Shown: piece after piece, positions 16,206 to 24,942 of the stretch
Position numbering within the stretch: the first letter of the stretch is position 1
Layout: each line of letters opens with the position of its first letter
Program-made: the position numbers and the translations under genes
Origin: Nitrospirota bacterium
GTDB taxonomy: Bacteria; Nitrospirota; Thermodesulfovibrionia; Thermodesulfovibrionales; JdFR-88
Length of the DNA stretch: 64,000 nt
Direction: 5' to 3'
Assembly: GCA_021825295.1 (NCBI GenBank)
Contig: JAKAHV010000006.1
Location: 18,026 to 82,025 of the forward strand
Notes under the pieces: model-generated
What the model was told of the DNA's origin: nothing
Databases searched by the model: none
What the model saw: the letters and a program-made list of their open reading frames with translations, nothing else

Positions 16206-17636
16206 CTAGCCCACGGCGTCCAGTTTCCTTGCCCTGAAATCCCTTACGCCAAGCGACATGGCAAGCGACCGGCAGGCCTCGACGTCCACGCCGCCGGTTT
16301 CAACGACCGTCACGCGGACCTCCGGGACATATTTCACGGACTCCCTTATGAAATCCAGGAGCGCGGGGAATGCGCCGGGAGAGGCCGGCTTGCAGAGCCC
16401 GTTGTAAGTCTCTTCGTCCTGGGCGTCCAGGCTAATCGAGAGGCTGTCCGCAAGCCCCTTCAGTTCGGGAAGAATGTTTCTGCCGTTTATGAGGCTGCCC
16501 TGCCCGTTGGTGTTGATCCTTACCTTCCCCCCGCAGGCCTTCACCCAGGCGGCCACTTCCTTTACGACATCAAGTCTCATTAACGGCTCGCCGTAGCCGC
16601 AAAAGACGATCTCCCTGTATCTGTCCGGCTCCGCGATTTCTTCTATAAGCTCCCCCGCCGCCGGCTCGCGCGTGAGCCGGAGCTTGTGCCCCTTGACGAA
16701 ATCGCTGTAAAACCGCACGCAGAAAGAGCATCTGTTGGTGCACCTGTTCGTCAGGTTCAGGTACAGGCTGTCCCTTATGCGGTAGGTGAACCTCCCTTCA
16801 CCGGGGGCCTCCCCGACGCCGAAAAGCCTTGAGGCGTTCAGCGAGGTGACCCTGGCAAGGTCCTCCGGGGTGATCCCCCGCAGGCCGGCTATCACCTTCG
16901 CGGTCTCAGCCAGATACGCTGGCTCGTTCCTCTTGCCCCGGAAAGGCTCCGGGGCCAGGTACGGCGCGTCGGTCTCCACAAGGAGATAATCATCGGGGAT
17001 TTCAGCGGCCACCCGCCTCAATTCGTCTGTCTTCCTGAAGGTAACGGGTCCCGCGATGGAGATGTACAGACCCATGGCCATGGCGTCCCCGGCCATCCGG
17101 GCATCCCCCGAAAAGCAGTGCAGCACGCCCTTCACCGGACCCGCACCAAGGATTTTAAGCGCCTCGTCGCCCGCATCGCGCGTATGCACTATGATGGGCA
17201 GCCCGGTCTGCCTCGCTATCTCCGCCTGCATCCTGAATGCATGGATCTGCGCCTCCCTGGGTGAGTGCATGTAATGGTAATCGAGCCCCGTTTCCCCGAT
17301 GGCGACCGTCTTTTCGTCCGCGGCGAGGGCAAGGAGACGCTTGAAAACATTTTCATCGAAATCCTTCGCCTCGTGCGGATGGAGCCCCACCGCGGCATAA
17401 ATGAAGGGATAGGCGTGGGCAAGCCTCAGGGCCGCCTCCGAGCTCTCGATATCGGTGCCAACCGTAATCATATGCCCCACACCCGCGGCCCGCGCCCGCT
17501 CTATGACATCCTGCCTGTCGGCGTCAAACCCGGACGCCTCCAGATGGCAATGCGTGTCTACGAGGCGGGGGGCGTCCGCGGGGCGGCCCGCGCCGTCAGG
17601 CGGGCTGGAGGCAAAGGGTTTTTTATCTTCATTCAT
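16206..17636 (-). CDS. TatD-family metallohydrolase fused to a radical SAM domain
   Basis: The start is at MNEDKK. The N-terminal half is TatD-like ('VDTHCHLE', 'GETGLDYH', 'ETDAPYL'). The C-terminal half is radical SAM, with the CxxxCxxC motif 'CTNRCSFC'. Confidence 0.85.
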   Translation of the reverse strand: MNEDKKPFASSPPDGAGRPADAPRLVDTHCHLEASGFDADRQDVIERARAAGVGHMITVGTDIESSEAALRLAHAYPFIYAAVGLHPHEAKDFDENVFKRLLALAADEKTVAIGETGLDYHYMHSPREAQIHAFRMQAEIARQTGLPIIVHTRDAGDEALKILGAGPVKGVLHCFSGDARMAGDAMAMGLYISIAGPVTFRKTDELRRVAAEIPDDYLLVETDAPYLAPEPFRGKRNEPAYLAETAKVIAGLRGITPEDLARVTSLNASRLFGVGEAPGEGRFTYRIRDSLYLNLTNRCTNRCSFCVRFYSDFVKGHKLRLTREPAAGELIEEIAEPDRYREIVFCGYGEPLMRLDVVKEVAAWVKACGGKVRINTNGQGSLINGRNILPELKGLADSLSISLDAQDEETYNGLCKPASPGAFPALLDFIRESVKYVPEVRVTVVETGGVDVEACRSLAMSLGVRDFRARKLDAVG

Positions 17637-17670
17637 AGAGAGGATTTGCGGCTTTCTTAAAAATAAAAAA

Positions 17671-18900
17671 TCAGGACCCGAACTTCTTGAGCCTCCCCGC
17701 GTTTGCAAGCGCCAGGGGCATAAGCGAGACCGAGGGGAAAACGCCCAGCTCTCCCCTTGCGCACTGCCTTTCCGAAAACCCTTCGGTCAGGCCGCCAAGC
17801 ACGTAAGGCGCGGAAAGGATCACCGGCACGGGGTGCCAGCTATGGGATTTCATCACGGCTGGCGTGCTGTGGTCCCCGGTTACGACGAGCACATTGGGTT
17901 TAAGCGCGAGTATCGCCGGCAGCGCCCTGTCGGCCTCCTCTATCTTGCCCACCTTGCCGGCAAAATTGCCGTCCTCCCCGAAGGAATCGGTCTTCTTGAA
18001 ATGGACGAAGAAGAAATCGTAATCATCCCAGTTGTCCTTCATGTATTCGATCTGGCCGCTTACGTCCCCGGAAAAATCCGGCGCGTCCATTCCGATGAGG
18101 CGCGCAAGCCCCCTGTACATCGGATAAGTGGCTATCGCGAGCCCCCGCAGGCCGTATGCCTCGGCAAACGAAGGCATCCTCGGGTGCGTCGAAAACCCCC
18201 GGACGAGCACGAAATTCTGCGGGTGGTCGTCCTTCAGCACGGCAGCCGCCCTGTCGATGAATTTCTGGGCGACCTCCGCCACCTTCTGAGCCTTCGGATG
18301 CCGCGGGATAAGCGGCAGCGGGGCCCTGCCCTCGGCCTGCGGGTCGGAATCATTTATCATCGCGGCCTCGGGCTGAAGCGCCTCCGGGAACCTCATGATG
18401 ACCGCGAAACGGTGCTCCATCCCAGGGCCAAAGATGAGCCGCACGCCGTTGATCTCGGGAATCTGCTTCTGGAGCCGCTCGGTCACCTTGCGCATCTTTT
18501 CGGTGGCCGGCCTGCCGGCCCTTCTGTCCGTCACGACGTGGTTTTCAATGGTGGCGTAATTGCACCTTATGGCCACATCCGTCCTCTTTACCTCAAGGCC
18601 GAGACCCAGCGCCTCCAGTATGCCCCTGCCTATCTCCCATTCAACGGGGTCATAACCGAAGAGCCCGAGGTGGCCCGGTCCGCTTCCAGGGGTTATCCCG
18701 AAGCCCACCGGCACATGCAGTCCGCAGGCGGAGTTTTGGGCCAGTTTGTCCAGGTTCGGCGTGAAGGCGGCCTCAAGCTCGGTCTTCCCCTTGAACGGGG
18801 ACCTGGGATCGCCGAGGGGCAGCCCGCCAAGGCCGTCCATGACGAAAAACACTATCTTGCTTCCGTTTTTTTGCAGCAGCCCTTTTATGACCGATTGCAT
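17671..18900 (-). CDS. apgM: Cofactor-independent phosphoglycerate mutase, archaeal type
   Basis: It carries 'VFFVMDGLGG...', 'TGDHSTP' and other alkaline-phosphatase-superfamily ApgM signatures. Confidence 0.85.
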   Translation of the reverse strand: MQSVIKGLLQKNGSKIVFFVMDGLGGLPLGDPRSPFKGKTELEAAFTPNLDKLAQNSACGLHVPVGFGITPGSGPGHLGLFGYDPVEWEIGRGILEALGLGLEVKRTDVAIRCNYATIENHVVTDRRAGRPATEKMRKVTERLQKQIPEINGVRLIFGPGMEHRFAVIMRFPEALQPEAAMINDSDPQAEGRAPLPLIPRHPKAQKVAEVAQKFIDRAAAVLKDDHPQNFVLVRGFSTHPRMPSFAEAYGLRGLAIATYPMYRGLARLIGMDAPDFSGDVSGQIEYMKDNWDDYDFFFVHFKKTDSFGEDGNFAGKVGKIEEADRALPAILALKPNVLVVTGDHSTPAVMKSHSWHPVPVILSAPYVLGGLTEGFSERQCARGELGVFPSVSLMPLALANAGRLKKFGS

Positions 18901-18953
18901 AATTTATCATTTTACCCCAAAGGCCGCCTGTTTGAAAAGAATTTTGATCTTCC

Positions 18954-18987
18954 CCGCGGCAATCCGCAGTCCCGCGCTTCGCGGGAT
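18954..18987. repeat. Solitary fragment of the shared repeat core (GCAGTCCCGCG-CTTC-GCGGGAT)
   Basis: It is the same hairpin core as in the X and Y elements at 31.2, 42.9 and 54.6 kb. Confidence 0.55.
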
Positions 18988-19059
18988 AATGCAAGGAACT
19001 TTTTTTCATCTTATAATTCGGCAACTCCAAACAAACGGGTATAAGTGAATCGCATGTAA

Positions 19060-19089
19060 GGCAGAAGGCGCTCCCATCCGCCTTCTGCC
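19060..19089. repeat. Perfect 11-bp stem hairpin (GGCAGAAGGCG / CGCCTTCTGCC), no flanking U-tract
   Basis: I read it directly from the sequence. It lies in the divergent apgM/rpmH intergenic region, and its function is unknown. Confidence 0.5.
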
Positions 19090-19136
19090 CGATCTGCTCA
19101 GCCAAAAACTGAGGCGCCATTTCTTTAATATTCCAA

Positions 19137-19166
19137 TTGACATGCCGGGGGTATTGAAGCTATACT
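19137..19166 (+). promoter_or_regulatory. rpmH promoter (TTGACA-18-TATACT), predicted leaderless or near-leaderless transcript
   Basis: The consensus -35 lies at 19137..19142 and the -10 at 19161..19166. The rpmH ATG is only 8 nt after the -10 and has no SD. Confidence 0.5.
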
Positions 19167-19174
19167 TACAGACT

Positions 19175-19318
19175 ATGGGCGGAACATATACGACATATCA
19201 CCCTCACAGGCGGCGGAGAAAAAGGAATCTGGGCTTCCTCAAGAAGATGAGCACAAGGGGCGGCCGCGACGTCTTGAAAAGAAGACGGGCCAAGGGCAGA
19301 AAAAGACTCACTGTCTAG
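19175..19318 (+). CDS. rpmH: 50S ribosomal protein L34
   Basis: This 47-aa ORF is below the track cutoff. It translates to [47 protein letters not shown], which matches the L34 pattern [20 protein letters not shown]. Confidence 0.85.
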   Translation: MGGTYTTYHPHRRRRKRNLGFLKKMSTRGGRDVLKRRRAKGRKRLTV

Positions 19319-19335
19319 CAGACAACACCTTTCGA

Positions 19336-19548
19336 ATGGTTAAAAGATTCGTCCTGCTACTGGTAGGGTTCTATCAGGCGGCGATTTCTCCTTTCCTGCC
19401 TGCGAGCTGCCGTTTTACGCCTTCCTGCTCCGAATACGCAAGAGAGGCAGTAGAGCGTTACGGCGCGCTCAAGGGCTGCTGGCTGGGGTTTAGGCGCATC
19501 CTGAGGTGCCATCCCCTGAATCCTGGCGGCTATGATCCGGTCAAGTAA
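19336..19548 (+). CDS. yidD: Membrane protein insertion efficiency factor YidD
   Basis: It carries the '[23 protein letters not shown]...RILRCHP' signature. Confidence 0.9.
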   Translation: MVKRFVLLLVGFYQAAISPFLPASCRFTPSCSEYAREAVERYGALKGCWLGFRRILRCHPLNPGGYDPVK

Positions 19549-19606
19549 AAATCAGCTAAATTCGCCAACCGGCCGTTCATCGGGAGAAACGGAGAGACGG
19601 GAATAA

Positions 19607-21160
19607 GTGGATAAAAGGGCTGTCCTTGCAATCGTTCTTTCTATCGGGGTGCTGTTGCTCTACCAGTACTTCCTCGCGCCCAAGTTTGTCCCGGTCGGAC
19701 CGGCCGGGAAACCCGGCGCGCCCGCCGTGACAGGGACCGCTCAGCCCCAGGCGCCCGCGCAGATTGCCCAGCCGGTGCCGCAGCAGCCGGCCGCGGCCGC
19801 CCCAATAAGGACGATAAAGGTTGAAACTGACCAGTACATTGCAACCTTTTCGAGCGTCGGGGGCGTGCCGGCCTCCTGGACGCTCAAAGACTACAAGGGC
19901 GACACGAAGGAAACCAGAAACCAGAATGTCACCTTACTGAAGCCCGGAGCCGCCTTTCCGCCCGCCCTCGCCATCGGATCGACCGATTTCGAGGCAGCCC
20001 GCCTGAATTTCAGCGTGACGGGCGGCAACCTCAGGCTGGACAGCTCGCACCCCGAGGGCACGCTTGTATTCGAGTACTCCCAGGGGCCGGTGTCCATAAG
20101 GAGGACCTACACCTTCAGAAACGGCAAGTACTGGGTGGACGTAAGGGACGAGGTGCAGGGCTTCCCCAATTACAACATAACCCTCGGGCCGGACTTCGGC
20201 ATCTACGACAGAAGCGAAGTGCGCGGCGTCCATGTCGGGCCTGTCCTCCTCTCGGGCTCCGACACAATCGACATAAACCCGAAAAAACTGAAGGGCGGGA
20301 CGCTCTCCTACACGGAAGACGTAAAGTGGATAGCCCAGGAAGACAAGTATTTCTGCGCGGCGCTGCTTCCAAAGTCCAAAATGACGCAGGCCGCGGCTTC
20401 CATGCAAAACGGAAGTCCCGTCATCTCCTTTGCCGCGAAGAGCCCCGCCGTGGAGGAGTTCATACTCTACGCGGGCCCGAAGAGCCAGGAAAAGCTGAAG
20501 GCCCTGGGCTCGGGGCTCCAGTACATCGTGGATTTCGGGTTTTTCTCCATCATCTCGCGTCCGATATTCTGGCTGCTGAAGCTAATACATTCCGCCGTCG
20601 GCAATTACGGCTGGTCGATCGTCCTTCTGACCATACTCATAAGGATCCCTTTCCTGCCCATAGTGGCCAAGGGGCAGAAGTCCATGAAGAAACTGCAGAG
20701 CCTCCAGCCGCAGATGCAGGAGATCAGGCAGAAATACAAGAAAGACCCCCAGCGGATGCAAAAGGAGATGATGGACCTCTACAAGAAGCACAAGGTAAAC
20801 CCGATGGGCGGATGCTTTCCGATGCTCCTGCAGATACCTGTCTTCTTCGCGCTCTACAAGGTGCTGCTTATAGCCATTGCGCTGAGGGGCGCGCCCTTCG
20901 TCCTGTGGATAACGGACCTCTCGCAGAAAGACCCTTACTACGTGCTGCCCATAATAATGGGCGTCTCCATGCTTGTGCAGCAGAAGATGACGCCCACCGC
21001 GCCGGGCAACCCCGCACAGCAGAAGCTCATGATGCTGATGCCCGTGATCTTCACGGTGATGTTCATGAACTTCGCGTCGGGGCTGGTGCTCTACTGGCTG
21101 GTAAACAACCTGCTTTCCATCGCCCAGCAGGCCTACATAAACAGGAAAGTCACGGTCTGA
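19607..21160 (+). CDS. yidC: Membrane protein insertase YidC
   Basis: GTG start. It has a periplasmic domain and a C-terminal 60-kDa insertase core ('GWSIVLLTILIRIPFLP', 'GGCFPMLLQIPVFFALY'). Confidence 0.9.
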   Translation: MDKRAVLAIVLSIGVLLLYQYFLAPKFVPVGPAGKPGAPAVTGTAQPQAPAQIAQPVPQQPAAAAPIRTIKVETDQYIATFSSVGGVPASWTLKDYKGDTKETRNQNVTLLKPGAAFPPALAIGSTDFEAARLNFSVTGGNLRLDSSHPEGTLVFEYSQGPVSIRRTYTFRNGKYWVDVRDEVQGFPNYNITLGPDFGIYDRSEVRGVHVGPVLLSGSDTIDINPKKLKGGTLSYTEDVKWIAQEDKYFCAALLPKSKMTQAAASMQNGSPVISFAAKSPAVEEFILYAGPKSQEKLKALGSGLQYIVDFGFFSIISRPIFWLLKLIHSAVGNYGWSIVLLTILIRIPFLPIVAKGQKSMKKLQSLQPQMQEIRQKYKKDPQRMQKEMMDLYKKHKVNPMGGCFPMLLQIPVFFALYKVLLIAIALRGAPFVLWITDLSQKDPYYVLPIIMGVSMLVQQKMTPTAPGNPAQQKLMMLMPVIFTVMFMNFASGLVLYWLVNNLLSIAQQAYINRKVTV

Positions 21161-22136
21161 GGGAAATCGCGGTCCTGACGGCCTCGATCATGCTGGCCGG
21201 GTTCGCTTCGCCCTTCCATGCGATGTCGTAGGCCGTGCCGTGGTCCGGGGAGGTCCTTATGATGGGCAGCCCCACCGTCACGTTCACGCCGCTGTCAAAC
21301 GCGATCATCTTAAGCGGTATAAGCCCCTGGTCGTGGTACATGGCCACTACAATGTCCACCCCGCCCGTGAAGGCCTTCCGGAAGAGGGCGTCCGGCGCGA
21401 CGGGACCCTCCACGTTTATGCCCTTTCTCCGTGCAAGCCGTACTGCGGGGGCTATCTCCGTGATTTCCTCCATGCCGAAGAGCCCGGCCTCCCCCGCGTG
21501 CGGGTTGAGGCCGCATACGGCAATCCGCGGCCTGCCGATGCCGAGCATACTGGCGGCCTTCACGGCAAGGGATATCTTTTCGAGGACGGACTTCCTCTTT
21601 ACCAGGCCGGGCACATCCTTTATCGCGGCGTGAGTGGTCACCAGAAGGACCCGCAGCGGCCCGCCGATGAGCATCATGGCGAATTTTTTCGCGCCGGTCA
21701 GGTCCGCCAGCATCTCCGTATGCCCAGGATACCGGATTCCCGCCATCCGCAGGGCCTCCTTGGATATCGGCGCCGTGCAGACGGCGTGCACCCCGCCTTC
21801 CAGGGCAAGCCCGGCCGCTTTTTTTATGTACCCGTAACAGGCCCTGCCCCCCTCCGCCGTCGGCGCGCCTCTTTTGAATTTCCGCCCGAGAAGCCCCATC
21901 GGGATAAACTCGATGACGCCTGCGGCAGGCCGGCTCTCCCCGGGGCCGGCGATGGCTTTCAGGGAAAAAGGAAGCGACAGCATGCCCAGGGCCTTCAGGA
22001 TGGGCCCGCTGTCTCCTATCAGGATGGGGTCGCAGACGGAGCGCACCTGCCGGCTTGCTGCGGCCTTCACGGCCACCTCCGGCCCGATGCCGCCCGGCTC
22101 CCCCATCGTTATCGCAACTTTCTTAAGTTTCCGCAT
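21150..22136 (-). CDS. pdxA: 4-hydroxythreonine-4-phosphate dehydrogenase
   Basis: The start is at MRKLKKVAITMGEPGGIGPEV. The track ORF extends 109 codons further upstream through repeat X3, which is implausible. It also carries 'HDQGLIPLK' and 'IRTSPDHGTA'. Confidence 0.9.
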   Translation of the reverse strand: MRKLKKVAITMGEPGGIGPEVAVKAAASRQVRSVCDPILIGDSGPILKALGMLSLPFSLKAIAGPGESRPAAGVIEFIPMGLLGRKFKRGAPTAEGGRACYGYIKKAAGLALEGGVHAVCTAPISKEALRMAGIRYPGHTEMLADLTGAKKFAMMLIGGPLRVLLVTTHAAIKDVPGLVKRKSVLEKISLAVKAASMLGIGRPRIAVCGLNPHAGEAGLFGMEEITEIAPAVRLARRKGINVEGPVAPDALFRKAFTGGVDIVVAMYHDQGLIPLKMIAFDSGVNVTVGLPIIRTSPDHGTAYDIAWKGEANPASMIEAVRTAISLRP

Positions 22137-22196
22137 TTTCTTTATAATACTAGAAACGTCCGGCGAGCGTATCCCCCCTGAAAAAACCGTGTTGCG

Positions 22197-22288
22197 CCCC
22201 GGGCGGGACCGTCTGCTTACGCCCGGAACCGCGCGCTGAACGGTGGTGAGCAGGCAGATGCCCTGCTTAGCCCCGCGAATCTGACGAG
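22197..22288. repeat. X-family repeat, half copy in inverted orientation (X3)
   Basis: It aligns to the reverse complement of 31124..31215 (TTACGCCCGGAACCGCGCGCTGA...GCCCCGCGAATCTGACG). The conserved 11-mer GATTGACTTTC follows at 22308..22318. Confidence 0.7.
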
Positions 22289-22366
22289 GGCAAGGGGGGA
22301 AATCTTCGATTGACTTTCGCGCGAGCGGATTGTTAGAGTAAGTAAGCACTAACGTATATAAATTAA

Positions 22367-23770
22367 TTGATGGAGTGGCATTTGGGGAAGGTTTCCGGGC
22401 CGTCTTTATCCGTTTTTTTATCTGCCTTGGCCATGGTTGCGTTTGCGTTGACGCCTGCCTCATGGGCGGAAGCCGGCGGGGCGTCTTCCGGCAGCGGCCG
22501 GGCGATGGTTTTCAGCGGGCCCCAGCCGATTAAGGCGGGTGAGACCATGGACCTGGAAACGGCGGTCGGCATAGCGCTTAAATTCAACCCCGCCATACAG
22601 TCCGCCATGGGCACGGCGCGGGCAAGCGAAAGCCTGATAGGGCAGGCCAGGTCCGCCTATTACCCGCAGATAAACCTTTCCGCCGCCCAGCAGGAGTACT
22701 CCATCACAAACCACAGTCTGGCCACGACCGGCCAGGCGGGAAGGTTCGCACTGAGCGGGCTTACGACCGCCGCGTCCCTCTCGCAGAACATATGGGATTT
22801 CGGCAAGACCCCGGACACCGTAGAGGTGCAAAAATACAACTTCGCATCCTCGAAGGAGGACCTTCAGAGCATCAGGGAAAACATCGTCCTGCAGGTAAAG
22901 CAGGCGTATTACGGCCTTCTGGGAGCCCTTCGGAACCTGAACGTCGCGGGGATGGTGGTAAACCAGTTCCAGCAGCATCTGAACCAGGCGGTGGCCTTCC
23001 ACACGGCCGGGGTGAAACCGAAATTCGATGTGACCCAGGCGCAGGTCAACTTGAGCAACGCCAGGCTGAACCTCATTGTGGCCAAAAACACCGTCGATGT
23101 GGCCAGGGCAAACCTGAACAACGTGATGGGGGTCCCGGAGGCCCCGGCGTACGACGTCGCCGAGAGCCTCACATTCAAGAAGTATGAGATCACGTTTCCG
23201 GAGGCGCTTGCCAAGGCATACAGCAACCGGCCGGACCTGAAATCCCTGCTTTTCAGGGAAGACTCCGACCGCGCGTCAATAAACCTCGCCAGGACCGGCT
23301 ACTACCCCACCCTTTCCGGGACCGCCAGCTACGGCTACAGCGGCCAGCGGCTTCCGTTCGACAGCTTCTGGACGGCGGGCGTAACCGTGAGCTTCCCGCT
23401 TTTCAGCGGCTACCAGACGAAATACCAGTTGATACAGGCCAGGGAAAACCTGAACGTTACCAGGGCCGGGCTGAAGTCGCTGAAGCAGGGGATCTACCTG
23501 GAAGTGCAGACGGATTACCTGAACCTCAAGGCCGCGGAAGACAGGGTCAATACCGCGCAGCTTACGGTCGGCCAGGCAAAGGAAAACCTGGACGTCGCAA
23601 CCGGCATGTACAAATACGGGGTTGGAAGCCCCCTGGACGTCACCGACGCGCTCACCACCTACAGCAGCGCGGAGACCTCGTATACGTCCGCCCTTTACGA
23701 TTACAAAGTAGCCCAGGCAAGCCTGGAAAAGGCCATGGGCCTTTACCTTTACGGAGGTGCAGAAAAATGA
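22367..23770 (+). CDS. TolC-family outer membrane efflux protein
   Basis: It has a signal peptide and two repeated OEP halves ('YYPQINLSA', 'TGYYPTLSGTASYGY'). Confidence 0.85.
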   Translation: MMEWHLGKVSGPSLSVFLSALAMVAFALTPASWAEAGGASSGSGRAMVFSGPQPIKAGETMDLETAVGIALKFNPAIQSAMGTARASESLIGQARSAYYPQINLSAAQQEYSITNHSLATTGQAGRFALSGLTTAASLSQNIWDFGKTPDTVEVQKYNFASSKEDLQSIRENIVLQVKQAYYGLLGALRNLNVAGMVVNQFQQHLNQAVAFHTAGVKPKFDVTQAQVNLSNARLNLIVAKNTVDVARANLNNVMGVPEAPAYDVAESLTFKKYEITFPEALAKAYSNRPDLKSLLFREDSDRASINLARTGYYPTLSGTASYGYSGQRLPFDSFWTAGVTVSFPLFSGYQTKYQLIQARENLNVTRAGLKSLKQGIYLEVQTDYLNLKAAEDRVNTAQLTVGQAKENLDVATGMYKYGVGSPLDVTDALTTYSSAETSYTSALYDYKVAQASLEKAMGLYLYGGAEK

Positions 23771-24915
23771 GTTCCGGTTCCGGCCCGCTGGGCAAAGGGT
23801 TTTTTAATATCTTGAAGATGGCTGCGCTGGCGCTTCTTTCGGCAGTCCTGCTTGCGGCCTGCAATTCGAAGCCCCAGGCGGCGCCGCCGCCCCCCGTGGC
23901 GCCGGTGCAGGCGGCCTACGCCTCGGTGAAGACCATACCCGTGCAGATCGCCGCCATAGGCTCGGTGGAGGCGTACAACAACGTGCAGGTCAAATCGATG
24001 GTAAGCGGCCAGATCGTGAGGATATATTACAGGGACGGACAGTACGTGAGGAAGGGCCAGATGCTCTTCGAGATAGACCGGCGTCCATACGAGGCCGCCC
24101 TCAAACAGGCCATGGCCAACCTCTCACGCGACCTGGCGCTTGCCAAAAACGCCACCCGCGACGCTGAAAGGTACGCATTCCTCGTCCGGAAGGATTACGT
24201 CCCCAGGGAGCAGTACGACCAGCTCAAGACGAACGCCGCCGCCCAGGATGCGGTCGTTCAGGCGGACAAGGCGGCCCTAGAAAACCTGCAGGTGCAGCTC
24301 GACTACTGCATGATCCGCTCCCCGATAGACGGACGCACCGGAAGCACCCAGATACAGATCGGAAACGTGGTAAAGGCCAACGACGCGCCGATGCTCGTCA
24401 TAGAGCAGGTCAACCCCATATACGTGAGCTTTTCGGTCCCGGAACAGTATCTGGACGAGATAAAAAAATACGACGCGAAGGGCCGGCTTGGCGTGGTTGC
24501 GAGCATTCCCGGCCAGGGCGGCAACAACACGACCGAAGCCGGGCAGCTCTCGTTCATCAACAACCAGGTGGACACGAACACCGGCACTATAATGATGAAG
24601 GCGACCTTCAAAAACCTGGACCATGCCCTCTGGCCGGGGCAGTTCGTAAACGTGGCGCTTACGCTTACGGAGACGCCCGGGGCGGTCCTTGTGCCATCCG
24701 AGGCCGTCCAGACCGGGCCCCAGGGGCAGTATGTATATGTAATCAGACCCGACATGACCGTCATGCTCCGGCCAGTAGTCAACGGCGGCACGTACAAGGG
24801 GTACACCATAATAAAAGAAGGGATCGCAGCCGGGGAGCGCGTGGTCACGGACGGGCAGCTCCGGCTTGTCCCCGGCCGGAAGGTTTCGATAAAGAACCCG
24901 GTCATGCGCGGATAA
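23767..24915 (+). CDS. RND efflux periplasmic adaptor (MFP)
   Basis: It has a lipobox-like N-terminus (LLAAC), an HlyD/biotinyl-lipoyl-like fold pattern, and an ATGA overlap with the tolC-like gene. Confidence 0.88.
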   Translation: MSSGSGPLGKGFFNILKMAALALLSAVLLAACNSKPQAAPPPPVAPVQAAYASVKTIPVQIAAIGSVEAYNNVQVKSMVSGQIVRIYYRDGQYVRKGQMLFEIDRRPYEAALKQAMANLSRDLALAKNATRDAERYAFLVRKDYVPREQYDQLKTNAAAQDAVVQADKAALENLQVQLDYCMIRSPIDGRTGSTQIQIGNVVKANDAPMLVIEQVNPIYVSFSVPEQYLDEIKKYDAKGRLGVVASIPGQGGNNTTEAGQLSFINNQVDTNTGTIMMKATFKNLDHALWPGQFVNVALTLTETPGAVLVPSEAVQTGPQGQYVYVIRPDMTVMLRPVVNGGTYKGYTIIKEGIAAGERVVTDGQLRLVPGRKVSIKNPVMRG

Positions 24916-24942
24916 ATGCGCGGCCGCTTTGATGGCGAATAA

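Noticed and set aside
17455-19044. A 529-aa plus-strand ORF. Other very long ORFs of the same kind are 46396..48120(-), 25513..26718(-), 24303..25709(-), 43374..44543(-), 58281..59408(-), 28318..29511(-), 30123..31145(-) and 14691..15644(-).
   Set aside because: Each lies antisense to a gene with clear family signatures (apgM, nadB, the RND pump, the oxidoreductase/HAD genes, PEPCK, NRAMP, the CBS protein and the HK). Their translations are low-complexity and Arg/Pro/Gly-rich, as expected for stop-poor antisense frames in high-GC DNA.
21150-22463. The extended 437-aa version of the pdxA ORF.
   Set aside because: The extra 109 codons run through the intergenic repeat X3 and the tolC promoter region. 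The conserved PdxA N-terminus begins at MRKLKKVAITMGEPGG (22136).
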